In this document: piece after piece, positions 24,607 to 37,473 of the stretch
Layout: every line of letters starts with the position of its first letter
Numbering within the stretch: the stretch's first letter is position 1
Source: Macrostomum lignano
Taxonomy: Eukaryota
Direction of reading: 5' to 3'
Assembly (NCBI GenBank): GCA_002269645.1
Contig: NIVC01001035.1
Coordinates: 214,434 to 278,433 of the forward strand
DNA: 64,000 nucleotides
Made by a program: the position numbers and the translations under genes
Notes under the pieces: model-generated
Databases searched by the model: none
What the model was told of the DNA's origin: nothing
The model's input: only the letters and a program-made list of their open reading frames with translations

Positions 24607-25641
24607 TTAAATGGTTGTCTTACAGCATACAGAGGAAGAACGTCTCCTTCTTCTCAAACTGAAAATTTCCACTTCCCACAAGGCGTCGATAGCCGGTGTA
24701 TTGAATAGACCAGGAGGAGCAGAGGGCAACTCAGGCTCATCGATCAGTTCAACCGGTTCTTCGTTTTCCTGTCGGCCGTGACTGCACCGACACACGTCCG
24801 AAACGACGTAGCTGAGAGAGTTGGTTCGAGAGTTCCCGTAGCACTCTTTCCTACAGTGCCTGCAGACTACTTGATTCGAACTGCTGTGGTAAAGTTCCTG
24901 CACAAACCGAGCGTCCTTGCGCGTAAAAAAGTCAGCAGTACATTTAGCATATTTTTTAGCAGTTGTTTTGAGCCCGTTATTGTCAACCATGACCTCCAGC
25001 AGGTCCATCAGGGGATCGATCAGGCCGTACGAACTGCGATTCGAAAAGGGTTCTAAAAGTGACCAGGAAGATAGCGTAAGGAAAAATTTTCTAATTAAGC
25101 CTCACCCATTCATTATGCCAAATTCGGAGCCCCTTGATGAAACAGCCGACGAAGATGAGCCCCAGAAGACAGTACTGAGAAGAAGTCTTGGAAACTGTGG
25201 CAGAGCAAGGCGAACTTGGTAGCTCTTCTTTTCTCCTTTTTCATTGATAACCTCGCGAACAAAATGTTCACAGTTATTTTTTATTAGATTGTAGTTGGTC
25301 TCTGCAACTCGTTCTAAGCACTCCAGCACTACTCGAGCTCGCTTCTCGGCGCTACACTTGCAGTGGAAAACTCGAATGGGAGAAAGTCCGACAACGTCGC
25401 AGAAGTCATTGATTCGGACGGAAACTTTTGGATTCGAAGCAGCTTCGCCGGAGAAGTGACACAGGAGAGGCACGGGGTCCGATTGCCCACCTCTGGGGAA
25501 GGCCCAACCTAGGAAGATGGCGAAGTGGCCAAGAGCGACTCGATTAAAGCTGATGGCGGAGCCTGGGACCATGGCTTTCAGAGCGTCATCGGCCCGCGAT
25601 GCTGAAAAATCGTCGTAGCCATTTGTAAAACCGACACACAT
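24607..25641 (-). CDS. LRAT + degenerate UBR-box-like protein, copy 7 (320 aa; paralog of copy 5)
   Basis: Exons 25641-25106 and 25033-24607 (GG|GTGAGG...atcgcag|T), 72-nt intron, 963 nt in frame; NNCEHF. Confidence 0.85.
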
Positions 25642-26194
25642 TTTTCTAAACTTTTGTGTGAAACTTTTCGGCTCTTCCGAAAAAATACATTACGGATATA
25701 GGAGGTTTTCTTTTTTCAGCACGAAAGATGCTGTTGCTTTTGATAGGAGGCAGACCCAATGTTCATCTTTTGATATTCCTAGAAGACATTGACTTGTTGA
25801 TCCTTAACAGATCTTATCTATCTTCTTGGGTTGCTGCACAAGTACTTGCAAGAACGTGCAAGATCTTCGCTATGATAATACTTAGGCAAACTTACCAGAT
25901 CTTGGCGATTTGCTACATCGAACAAGATCTTAACTTTTATATCTTTTTATAGCTTTGAATCGCATATTTTAATAAATTTATTGTCCCATTTTTCCATAAA
26001 ATAAAAAGTAATAAAGCTAGAATACTGTTTAAATGAATGACAAAACAAATGTACCCCCCTTCCTAAGATCCGGCAACAACCGAGCAGATTGAGAAGATCT
26101 GCTAAGAATGGCACAGAGACAAGATCTGCTAAGTTTGAGAAACAGAAATGTCCTCTAGGGATGTTTTGATTTTCTTAAAGCCTTTTCGTTCAGA

Positions 26195-26500
26195 GGGGTT
26201 ATAGCTTAATGATTAGAGCGTCGAACTCACAGCTTGAAGGTCGGGAGTTCGAATCCTGATCCTATTGAAAAAATCTGTGTCCTTGAGCAAGACAATTAAC
26301 TCTGCATTGCTTCAGTTCACTCAGCTGGAAAAATGGGTGCCAGCATTAGCTGGGGTAATATCGACCCCCAGTCCGTACACTGAACAGCCGTACTCAGCCT
26401 TCAGATGCGCCGCGCAATAGCTGCGGCTGAGCTGTTATGGTTTCGCATCTGGCTCGACCGGGGCATGTGTAATCAAATAATATTACTATTATTATCATTT
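26195..26500 (+). mobile_element. tRNA-derived SINE
   Basis: Same head and body as the 183 copy (B-box GAGTTCGAATCC) with a TAT-rich tail. Confidence 0.85.
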
Positions 26501-27126
26501 AGAATATAATTCTATGCTAATTTTATATATTTTGAATAGAAGTATATCCTGTACATGTCCCGTACCTAAAAATCATAAAAATATCAATAATATAATCAAT
26601 ATATTATAAATAATAATATATATCAAAAATTATAAAACAAATTAGAGCTGAGATGCGCTATTCTTTGGTTATTAGGCACATGACATGTACGATTGTATGG
26701 CTCGTACGTAGGATACAAAATTGACAACACAGAATCCTAGTTTTCTGCCAATAGCTACCACTGGCACTGGTTTGTATTTAAGCAGTAGCTGTGCAGCACT
26801 AAGCTATAAATAAGAGCTATAACTTTCGTGAAAATCTCGAAAAATGCTCTATTAGAGAAAATGCTGAACAATGTGCCCCCACAGCAACAAATGCTACGCA
26901 TACTCCGCTGGGCATAAAAGCAGAGACTTTATCAAAAAAGCAAGTGGCTTGCACATTCGCTTGCACAATAAATGAACTTAACGCAATGCTCTGTAAAAAA
27001 ACTGCAGCCGCAGAGCGTACCCTCGTACTAGATAGTTTATCTACCTACAAACCTACAAAAATATTTACCCACAAACTGTCTCAGCTGTCCAGAAAGGATC
27101 TTGTTTACCACATTTCACCTCAAGCA

Positions 27127-28106
27127 ATGTGCGTCGGCTTTACAAACGGCTACTCGGACTTTGCGTCGGACAGAGTCGAAGAAGCGATCGTTGCCGCCGT
27201 GCCTGGGTCCGCCGTCAGCTTCAACAGAATCGGCTTCTTTCACTTCGCCGTTTTCCTGGGCTGGGCCTGGCCCAAGGGCGACGACTCGGAGCCCATTCCG
27301 CTGCTGTGCCACCTCTCCGGAGACGCCAGCACGAAGCCGATGGCGTCTGTTCGACTTGACGACTTCAGAGACATCGTCCAGAGCTGCACCATCCGGGTGT
27401 ACAACTGCAAATGCAGCGCGAGCAAGAGATCTCAGGTGATCCTCAATTGCCTCTATCTAGTTGGCAAGGCTGGCTACAATCCGCTGACCAACAACTGCGA
27501 GCACTTTGTGAGAGATATGATTTGCGGTCAGAGCACCAGCTATCAGGCCGTTTGGACTCTTGCAGCTCCGTTAGTTCAGCTGCCGCGAATTCTTCTGGGT
27601 AGCGCTGTAGTCGGGGCCGCCACTTCGTCTGCTTCATCGAACTGCGCATCCAAATTTGAGGAGAATCGGTAAATGTTGAGAAATTGTTTACTTTTTCTGC
27701 ATCCTGATGCATGGTTATTCACTGCCTGCTTACCCATTTCAGATCACTGGGACTTCTTAATCCGGAAAGAGATCTAATAGAGATTATATTGTCAAAAAAG
27801 CATGGTTTACATTTACAAGGCGTCAAGTTGAATTCTGTCTGCACAAGGGAATTCGGAGGCTTAAGCACGTTTCCAATGCAGTTTCTCTACACCTGCAGAA
27901 GCTGCAGCGGCAGTGAAAAGATGGCGGTGTGCCGGCCATGCCAGAAGCTTTGCCATGCGAAATGTATTTTTCGAACTGGAATTGTGTCTGAGAATGTGTG
28001 CCGGTGCTCTCACGCCATGAAATCAGAGGCAGTGCAGCTGCCTCTGCAACTGGAAGAGTCTACTTCATCAGTCGAAGGCGACGGCTCTCTCTCATCTTCT
28101 TGTTAG
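27127..28106 (+). CDS. LRAT + UBR-box-like protein, copy 8 (301 aa; near-identical to copy 6)
   Basis: Exons 27127-27668 and 27743-28106, phase 2, 906 nt in frame. Exon 1 differs from copy 6 only at EV/DM at the protein level. Confidence 0.85.
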
Positions 28107-29531
28107 CCCTTATTTTACAAAAAACACATATTGTTTTACACAACTTTATACTTTGGACTACATTATGTTTCCTTAATGTTTCTGTTTATCAGTGAGAAAG
28201 ATTCTGGGCCCGTTCTATGAAGCCATCGTAAGATAAGATCGTTCTTAGCTCCTACATGTATCTCCGCAGTGAAAAAGTTCCGACTTACGATCGAACCTAC
28301 GCTACGACAGCTTTATAGTACGACCCCATTATTCTTATGCTATGAATCTTTTTAACTGATATTTTAGTAACAATCCCGAGCTTCATAATTCTTTCAGTTT
28401 TCTGTACAGCTTTTATTATTGTTAAAGAAAATTAAGACGTTTTCGATGGTTTTGAAGCAAATATTTTTAACTAACCACATATGAGTACACGTGCTTTTTA
28501 CGGCACTTTCTGAGTGTATGTGACAGAGTAAACTAAAGAACCACCAGTCTACTAAGACGTTTATAAAATTGAGTAGCGGTCCAAATTTACTGCTAGTAGC
28601 TCGTAGTAGCTATTGTAAAATAATGCAAATAGACCAATTTAAAGCCAACAGTATACTAGTAGTTTGTTTCCGTGTTGTGTACGCAGCTAGTCAAAAAGGA
28701 AATACAAAAAGCTTACTAAACTATTGTTTGCAATAGTATAGAGAGACAGTATACCCACTGTCTATGAAAGTTCTGAAATATGCATGCCAGGTGATTAAAG
28801 CAACTAATATGACTGAGCAACTCGCTGTCCATGCACTCGTCATTGCGAGCTAGAGGATTTCTAAAATGGGCACGGAAGTACGGAATGAAAGGGAAGATAA
28901 GTAGAAGCCTTTACAACTGTGGCAGTCGGGCTTGAAAGTACGAAATGCAAAAAAACATGTACATTCTGCATTTAATGTACGTTATTGGTTCCAACAGTCT
29001 GCGTGCTAATACTAGCTGTGGTAAGCTTGGGAATAAGGAACTTCATTTTTCGATTTTCTTTCAAGCTGAACTGTAAATATCTTTGAATATAAAGTCCATG
29101 GAAAATCCTCAGAAATTCCATGGAAAATCCGTGATAAACCTTAGAATCATATAGCTCGTTGTCCTTGAAACTTTATTTCCAGAAAAGTGCATTCTTTTTC
29201 ATGATGTCGAGCGTATTTCTCGCGAACTACGCTTGCTAATTACTTGTTCAAATCAGTTTTACACGCTTGCATCTCATCTATATGTTTATGCAGATAGCTG
29301 AAACATCGTTAGTCGTTATAACCTTTCCTGCCTACCCATTCCTGGCAATCCCTCACTGTGGATCCCGTGCACACCAGAGGCTTCTGTGGAGTCCCAACAC
29401 ACCTGCTGCACAATACAATCTACTGCCATCCTGTGTAAAAGGGTTTCACTGTACATGTAGATGGCACAACTGGTACATCTATTGATAAATAAAGGTAAAT
29501 ATCAACATGAAGTTATTTATTTCTTTATTTG

Positions 29532-29580
29532 AGTTGCCGATGCATTTCGTCCATTTGCATTAGGACATCGTCAGGGTCTT
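29532..29580 (-). ncRNA. Minimal hammerhead-ribozyme-like motif (Penelope-type element end)
   Basis: Minus strand aagacc-CTGACGA-t-GTCC-taatgcaaat-GGAC-GAAA-TGCA-TC-ggcaac followed by AATAAA. Stem II is intact and stem III is palindromic (ATGCAT), but stem I has only 2 bp. Confidence 0.45.
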
Positions 29581-30530
29581 TTTATTTAAGAAACAATTTA
29601 CTTAATTGAAAAAGTTTTACATCCATTGAAGTTACAAAATATTGTGCCAATTATTAAAACACTGATAGCAACTCATTCAAGAAGATGAGTAAAACAAGCT
29701 AATAACCAAAGAGAGGTCCAACCGATTGAGCAGATGTCCAAACTCCAGACTTTTAAGAATCATCACCTGTAATGCACCAAGGGATACAGGAGGAATCGTT
29801 TACGCATACTGCACTAAAATGTCACAGGAAGGAAGGAGGCCGAAAAACAGCACATCCGTGAATGTTTGACATCTGATGATTTCAAATATGTATGAAACGT
29901 AGACACGAAGAGAGTACACAAATCGATGCTGTGGGAGCTTGAGCTTGCTGGTGCTGCAATAGCGCCTATGGAAACTGCTTCGGGTAAAAATACCAGGAGC
30001 CTATCACGAGATTTGCCTGCTAAGCAAAATAAATTTTATTCCTGGCGTTAAGCTATTAAAATATTATGCGCGTCCAAGCGTTGCCCAGGTGCTAAAATTT
30101 TTATTCTGTTCTCAAAGTAGAAGAAGCTGGTATTATATTATATTTTAATTTTTCAAGTTTTCCATAATGAAATAAAATGTGCCAGTTGGCTTTGCTCAGC
30201 TTTCCTTTTGTATGCAGCGCACCTCACCTCATAACAAGCACGAGTACTCGATGGGTACTTGAGTACATATGTGTATATTAATATTAACTATGCTCAAATG
30301 TTATTTATCTCAGGATTAGAGTTTAAAAAGGGGAAGTTCGCACAAAAAAGTTTGGGTTTTTGTATACTGGGACTTTGTGTCGGAAATTCCGTGGAACTAC
30401 CGCGGAAAATTCATGCAAAAGACACTAAAACTTGAATAAAAATTACTTGATTTCAGCATGCAGCTATAGAACACAGCTTTCCATATTGCGAAAACGGAAC
30501 TCCTGCAAGCAAACAGAGCTAACAGCAGAC

Positions 30531-31580
30531 ATGTGCGTTGGCTGGACTAACGGCTACAGAGACTTCGAATCTGTCGAATCTGCTTTGAAAGCCATGACTC
30601 CAGGCTCGGCCATCAGCTTCAACAGAATTGGCTTGTATCACTTTGCGATCTACTTGGGCCTAGCTTTTCCCAGGGGCGGGAATTCGGGGCCGATTCCTCT
30701 GATCTGCCACCTCTCAGGTGGTGCCAGCACGCAGCCAAAAGCATCCGTTAGACTGGATGACTGCAGAGCCGTTGTGCAGAATTCTACTATTAGAGTGTAC
30801 TGCTGCAGTTGCAGTGAGAGCAAAAGGGCACGAGTGATCTGGGAGTGCCTCTGGAGAGTTGGCGAGGAAGGGTACGACCTGTTCTTTAAAAACTGTGAGA
30901 GCTTTGTGCGCTATGTGATCAACGGGGTATCCGTCAGCTATCAATCTCTTTGGACTGCGGTGGTACCATTTATTCAGATTCCCCGGTTTATTATCGGAGG
31001 AATCTCCGGAGGATCATCCTCTTCGTTGGCCTCATCAAGCTGCGCATCGTACTGCTTAGACAATTTGTAAGCTTGTGTGACGCATGTTGGTAATGGATAA
31101 ATAATCAGCGGTCCCAGTGCGTGACAACGATTGTCTGGCGAGCGCCGGTAGGCGCGAGCCATAGACAAATCGTTGTCACGTGATGCGACCGCTGATTCTT
31201 TGCATTGTTTTTCTGTTTGACGATCCTACAGACAATGCATTGTTTGTAGCAATGGATTGTTCTGCACTAAAAATGTAAATAATGATCGTCAAATTGCTAA
31301 ACAATGAGCATTTTATGCTAAAAAGCTGAGCATTTTACTACGTCTATTGACTATTGAGAGACTATTGACTACTTCTTTCTGTACTTTAATTTATTTCGCA
31401 ATTTAAAGACACATCCGAAAATCTTTCAGAGACTACGGACTGATGGACCCCGAGGGTGATATGCTCTTGATTTCGGTCTCGAGTAGCGGCCTGCAGGCAT
31501 CTGTAAAAGCTTTCCCCTCTTCGTATTTTTTTCGACTCGCTGAATTTGCTACATTTCTTATGGAGAGTTTTTCAGACTGA
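30531..31580 (+). CDS. LRAT protein, copy 9, with truncated second exon (no zinc finger; 228 aa)
   Basis: Exons 30531-31066 and 31430-31580 (TT|GTAAGC...ctttcag|A), 687 nt. HFAIYLG, CHLSG, KNCESF. Exon 2 keeps only the linker DYGLMDPEGDMLLISVSSSGLQASVK. Confidence 0.7.
31103..31197. repeat. 95-nt imperfect inverted repeat / long hairpin in intron of copy 9
   Basis: aatcagcggtc..gtgacaacgattgtct.ggcgagcgcc-ggta-ggcgcgagcc.agacaaatcgttgtcac..gaccgctgatt. Confidence 0.75.
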
Positions 31581-33803
31581 AGTTTAACGCTCATTCATCA
31601 ATACGTTGTAACTTCTCATCTATTTACCTTTCGTTACGCTCGTACTCTAGCAATTTGATTGTAGCTCATTTTGGTGTGTAGCCAAGGCTTGAAGTTTTCC
31701 AGTTGAGTTGAAAAGTAAAGTGCTAGGTGCGCACAGTTGCTTTATTTATATTTTTGCTATTTAAGAAAAACTGCATGATCGATATTTTACCTACACTAGA
31801 AAAACTGCACGATTGATAAATAAAAGAGCTAGAGATATCACGTGATTAATAATACATTACACAGATAATTTATCAACTACTCTACTTAAAGTGGCAGTAT
31901 GAGAAATAGACAATAATAATAATAATAATATAGTTATCATATACGTTATAGTAGAAATATTAGCGTAAAATATTATCTATCATTAAGTTGGTCTGTCAGG
32001 TTACACGACACAACACATTTTGCACTGTTATTAAAATCAATCGTATGTTTTGTACTCAACACATCTTTTAATTATACGCAAAAAATTATTTATTGACCTT
32101 AGGATTGCTAAAAATGCTTTGTCTTTGTACCCTATGATCCCATTCTTTGATATCCAGCCAAAGAGCAAAAGAGCAAAAGAGAGTAAAATCAATACCAGGA
32201 AAATCCGAAAAAAATTACGGAGCAACTTGCAAAAGTCCAATATGTATTTTTCACTTTTCGTTAACTAACTATTCTAACAGGATTATAATTTCAGTTAAAT
32301 AGGCCGAAGTGTGAAAAGTGTATAAAAATGACTTTCACATTTCTGCTTTTGACGGTTGCTTTAAAGATAAAAATTTTTTCCCTATTTTCTACTCAGTTTT
32401 TCCTGAATGTATTTTTTCTATAATTCTTCGAGTTCTAAAACTGTTAGACAGATAGTTTTTTTTAAATCGCGCGATGGTCTCAAATCTGATAATTTTTGTA
32501 TGTACACAAATTCATATCTCAACAATCCAGTTTCTAATCTAGATTACTGACTTGGAAAGTCCCTGATAGTAGTGAAGTTGCTTGTAATAAAAGGCTTTTT
32601 AGATCTTTTATATGGAATTAAAAACTATTTTAACACGATTTAATTATTGTAAAAGCGTGCATTAAACGCAAAAGCGTGCTTAAACGGCTCGTAATCGTGT
32701 ATTGGCTAGAGTCATTTAATCTACGAGAAATATATATAGTGACAAGCTGTTGAAACCCGCGGATTTTGAACCCGGGGAAACTCCAATCCCCGGAACTATT
32801 TTTGCATGTATTCTAAAATCTGAGGTCTAACTCAAACAAAAACAAATGGGTTGGGGTCAGGCGTGGCTAAGCATCCCGTAATGGATGCTTACGGGATCGC
32901 AGCATGGGTCTGCTCCATGTGACTGTTATTTCCTTCGACCTGTCTGACGTCTATGGCCCAAGTTTTTGTCTATGGCCCAAGTTTGTGTTGACGAAATCAT
33001 CAATCGTCTATGGCACAAGTCTGGCGACAAAAACCTGTTTTGAAACTCTAAATATACACGGCTGGCGCGAGGGTGGAAAATTTTCAATGTTGCTGAGCTA
33101 TGAGATATGTAGCTATGTAGCTATGAGATAGGAGAAGAGAGGAAATAAAAGAGAAGAGGGAAGAGAGAGGACAGAGGAGAGAAAGGAGAGGAGAGAAGGG
33201 AGAGAAGAGGAGGAGAGGAGATCCGACTTGGTAGCTGAGATAAATTGAAACACCAACCTTCAGCCATTGTGGATTGCCATTGTGAAGTTTAAAAGGACCC
33301 GAGGGTCGGATAAAGAGACTTCGTGAACCGCATATATAACCTTCGGGCTGGAGTTTGCCAACCCAGCTACAGGGTTTATGGTATCGCTTCATTCGCTCAG
33401 TATTGTTGAATAGCTACAAATATGACTGCTCCGAGAAGGAAAAATTATGACCTAAGTGCATTGAAGATTGAATGTACATGAGAGCTTAATTCGTACTCTC
33501 GCGATATCTCTGCTGCGCTCATTGCAGTGTGTACTCGCCATTCTGAAGTACCGCATTATGGGCGCAAAGTCTGCTTCTGTCTAACTCTTTCTCTATTCGC
33601 GTACTTTGGTTATTTTATTTTTTAACAACCAAATCGAGCTTTCCGCAGTGGCGCCCACCCACAGAAACCATTTTTTTTAATTCGAAAAGAATTTAACAGT
33701 TTCTGAGTTTTTTTTTCCATTTGGCAAATTGATTTGAAAATTAAATTCCTTAAAAAGCTCTGATTATCTAACAACACGTTAAGACTATTAGCTTGCAAAA
33801 ACA

Positions 33804-35871
33804 ATGTCCCGCAAGCACTGCCAGAGCTGTGGCTTCAAGTTCGATGAATCCTGGACAGCCCACTGCTCCAGGTGCGACACGACTTTCGACTTCAACGGGG
33901 ACGTCAGCAATGCCCTGTGCAAGTCGTGCGGCCAGGAGGCCTTCATAATGCAGGACGAAGTGATGGAAATTTGCAAGTTCTGTCTCAGAGCTCTAGAGGC
34001 AAGTAAATTTCAAAGATAATTTATGCTCAAAACCATTTTAATGTGTCTGCTTAGCACTTAACCGTCAACTTGAATGCCCTGCAGACTGGAGAAGAAGGCA
34101 GAAAAAATGAAGCCACTGGAACTTCCTGTGCGTCAGACAAACCGGAATCTGGACAGAAGAATGACGAATTCACATCCGATGTAAGTTGCAATGAGGTACA
34201 GATTTTATTTGGGTTTTAAAACTGAGCGTTTACAGAAGCTTTAACAAATTACACTCTGCATGCGCTAATTCACTCTGTTATCACGAACTCTTACTTCAGA
34301 ACGACCAAGACGAACTCTGGAGATGCGTGGGCTGCGTATGCGGCAACCAAGACCCTCACAGTTTCAAACTAAGCACATGCAAATGGCCAACCAAATCTTA
34401 TTACTGTCTGGACTGCAGAGAGCCGTACAGCGCTTTCATTTGGGACACCGAACTACGCTGGGACCAGTGCCCCAGGTGCAATGGTGACAAAGTTCAGGTT
34501 GACAAAATTGCAACGGGAGGTACCATGATTGAATGCCAAAATTGTTCTAGTAAAATCTCAAAGCAGAGATTCGATTTGCTACATCAAGAGGTGAAAGATA
34601 AGTGCGAGAATGAAGAGAGAATAAAAGATGGACAGAAACAGCTAAATGAGACTTTCGAGTGCCAATACTGCGGTTCTGCTCAGGTTCAATTTGTACTCAG
34701 CGAGACCGAAGGCAAGCCGTGCGTGCTGCAACAGTGCGGCACTTGCAACAAAACAAAAATTCTATTAGCTTGGGACAAAGAAAATGACCAATTTGAAACT
34801 GCTGCAGACGACGAGAAAGACAAACAGAGCGACAAGAAAATAGCTGCGATTCCAGAGAAATATAAAAAGCTGTCAAAGTGCTGCGGAAACTTCGCCAGCC
34901 TCCATCCGGTAGAAGGGGATCCCGACGATGACCTGCTCGTGTGCGATCAGTGCGATCAAACTATCAGTCTAAGAAGCTTCGATGATTGCCAAATCCCGCA
35001 AACAGTCTCGGCCCTCCGACGTGCGGTCAAGGGCCGGTTCTCCAGAGGCAAAATGGGGCGCCCGTATGCCTGTGTCAAGGTTAGCGACATAGACGAGCTG
35101 AAGCCGGCCGACCAGCTTGACTTTCGGAGGTCTTTGTACTCGCACCACGCTATAGTGGAAAAGACACTCCCCGACTCCAAGGAAGTTCAGGTTATCGAAT
35201 ATACTGGCGAGTCAAACAGGCCAACTATTCAGGCCTTTTTGAATCAGCTGCCAACAAAGGCTTGCATAGCAGAGAGCACTTTAAAGCTTCAAGACATTGT
35301 AAAATGCATGCACAGAGTTGACTATCACAGTCTAGACTGCTTCCACCCGAAAACTGTGCTGGAACGGGCGAAGAAGCGAGTCGGAGAGAAACAGTACCAC
35401 GTCGTGGGAAGCAACTGCGAGCACTTCAGCAACTGGGCCAAAGCCAATGTAGCATTGTCCCGTCAGGTAAAGAAGAAGCAGAAATGGGCTCTGAAGAAGC
35501 TCGGCCGCTGTGTGACTAGGATTACGGACATCGGGGATAGGCTTCCGAAGGACGGATCGAGCAGGGCCGCCATGGGGGTGCTGATAGAGATTCGAAAAGA
35601 GATGCTTATGGCGATCGATCGAAAAGGCTCAGCTTCGGTGCAAGACTTCTGGTGCCCCATCCGGCTGCTGATCGAGTGGTCCATACGCCGTATCCCGCTG
35701 ACCTTTGTGCCCATCATGTCAGCGAAGGCTGGCTGCAAGCTGTTCTGGGAAGCAGACGGCTTACTGAAACTCGTTGGCAGGACCGTCGCCAAAGTGCCGC
35801 AAAAGATTCTCGCAATCAAAGATACCGAAGATGATCTAGACAAGAAGGAAATCGAAAGAGAAAAAAAATGA
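33804..35871 (+). CDS. Multi-zinc-ribbon (CxxC) + LRAT/NlpC-P60 domain protein (620 aa)
   Basis: Exons 33804-33998, 34085-34180, 34300-35871 (1863 nt in frame); the first donor is GC-type (AG|GCAAGT). About ten CxxC pairs in the N-terminal half; LRAT motifs YSHHAIV, IEY, YHVVGSNCEHF. Confidence 0.8.
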
Positions 35872-37085
35872 ACTAAAATATTGTGGGGCCTCCGCGATAT
35901 AGACTAAAATATTTTCGCTCGTGCTGCTGCGGCAGGACTCACTCCTCTGGCCGTTTCTGTCTGCTGTTATCTCTGCCTCCTCTCGGCTGTTTTGTTTTCC
36001 TTTATCTGTTGGTAATCCTTTTTAATTCGAGTTCGTCTGATATTTTGTTCTGATCAATGACTTTATTTGTTCTATTCCTTTTGCTGTAAAAGATTGAATT
36101 GAGCCCTTGATTCCTTCTGTTGTTTCCTCATTGGCCCTGCTCTGGTTTCCATCTATGCTCAGCTATTTCATGGTCCCTCCGTTTGAATAGTTTTGTTTTA
36201 CTTAAGTTTCTCGGCTAAACGTAGCTCGTACACTAAACAAGATTCAGATAATTAACGGCTAGTAACTTTCAAAAGTAACCCGAATAGCAGTAGCATCGTT
36301 TGCGTGTTGGCGTTGTCATTATCGTTGTTTTAGAGCTACTTAATATGTTTCTAAGAAAATAAGTTGTACTTTGTATAAAAACAAAGAAACCATTGTCAAT
36401 GCTACGCTCGTATTGATTATTGTTGCAAGTTTTAACTTTTGCGGTTTGTAATCGTTACTTGTGATTGTTTTTTTACAAATTTACACATAAAATAATTGGA
36501 AACTGTTCGTTAAAAAACAGTGTATAAAAATAAAGCAAGTTCTTATTGCAGTCGTGAGTCCTTGCGGTCTAGGCTACTGGTTTATTTATGATCTGTCTTA
36601 GTGGACTAACACTGGTTTTAATTGGTTTTAATACAAACAAGCATGTAATAGGTTGCTAATATTAACCCCATAGGTGCAGAATCTAGGAGTCCATGACTGA
36701 ATAAAAACAGCCCCTGACTACGAACTTGATAGATCCAGCCTGCGAGGCACACATAAATTGTTTTCTTCATTTGGAGCCAGACTCTAGAAATATATTATGG
36801 TCTAGATGTAGCTCATACGTTTAATTAATTTATCGCGGCCCAAGACTGCCAAAACGATTGGCCTACAAATGAAAAACTCAACAGAGACTGAACTAAAGCC
36901 TCTATTGTACTCACACCGACGGTATTTCCACGGAATTGCCTTTAAGAAGAACACTGGCCAAGAGAACCTGTGTGTATAAAACGATCCAGTAGAGATGCTC
37001 ACAGTGCTTGTGTAAAAAAGGAACTTCCAAGCAGTCTCTGCAAAGCTCATTTATCGGAAGGGCCATTCCATCCTTTGTAGCAGAA

Positions 37086-37381
37086 ATGTGCGTCGGATTC
37101 ACCAACGGCTATCAGGACTTCCCGGCTAGCGACACCGACTCCGCCTTGGCCACCATGGTCCCCGGCTCCTGCATCAGCTTTGACCGAATATCGCTGTTTC
37201 ATTTTGCCATCTTCCTGGGCTGGGGCTGGCCGGAAGGCAGCGCCGAGTCCCGGCCACTTCCGCTGGTCTGCCACTTCTCAGTCGGGTCCACGTCTGGGTC
37301 TGAAGCGGCTTCCGTTCGATTGGACGACTTGCGGGAGGTTGTGCAGGTGAATATGCTATCTATCCATCTATCTATCTATCC

Positions 37382-37473
<92 letters not shown>

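Larger units (their letters stand above)
17450..29060. repeat. Tandem segmental duplication of a head-to-head gene pair (about 17450-21170 versus about 24350-29060)
   Basis: Copies 5/7 and 6/8 and their flanking non-coding DNA align (e.g. 20300-21170 with 28170-29060). Retroelement fragments lie between the blocks. Boundaries are approximate. Confidence 0.85.

Noticed and set aside
29873-29905. Second hammerhead-like CTGATGA...GAAACGTA on the plus strand
   Set aside because: Neither stem I nor stem II can pair.
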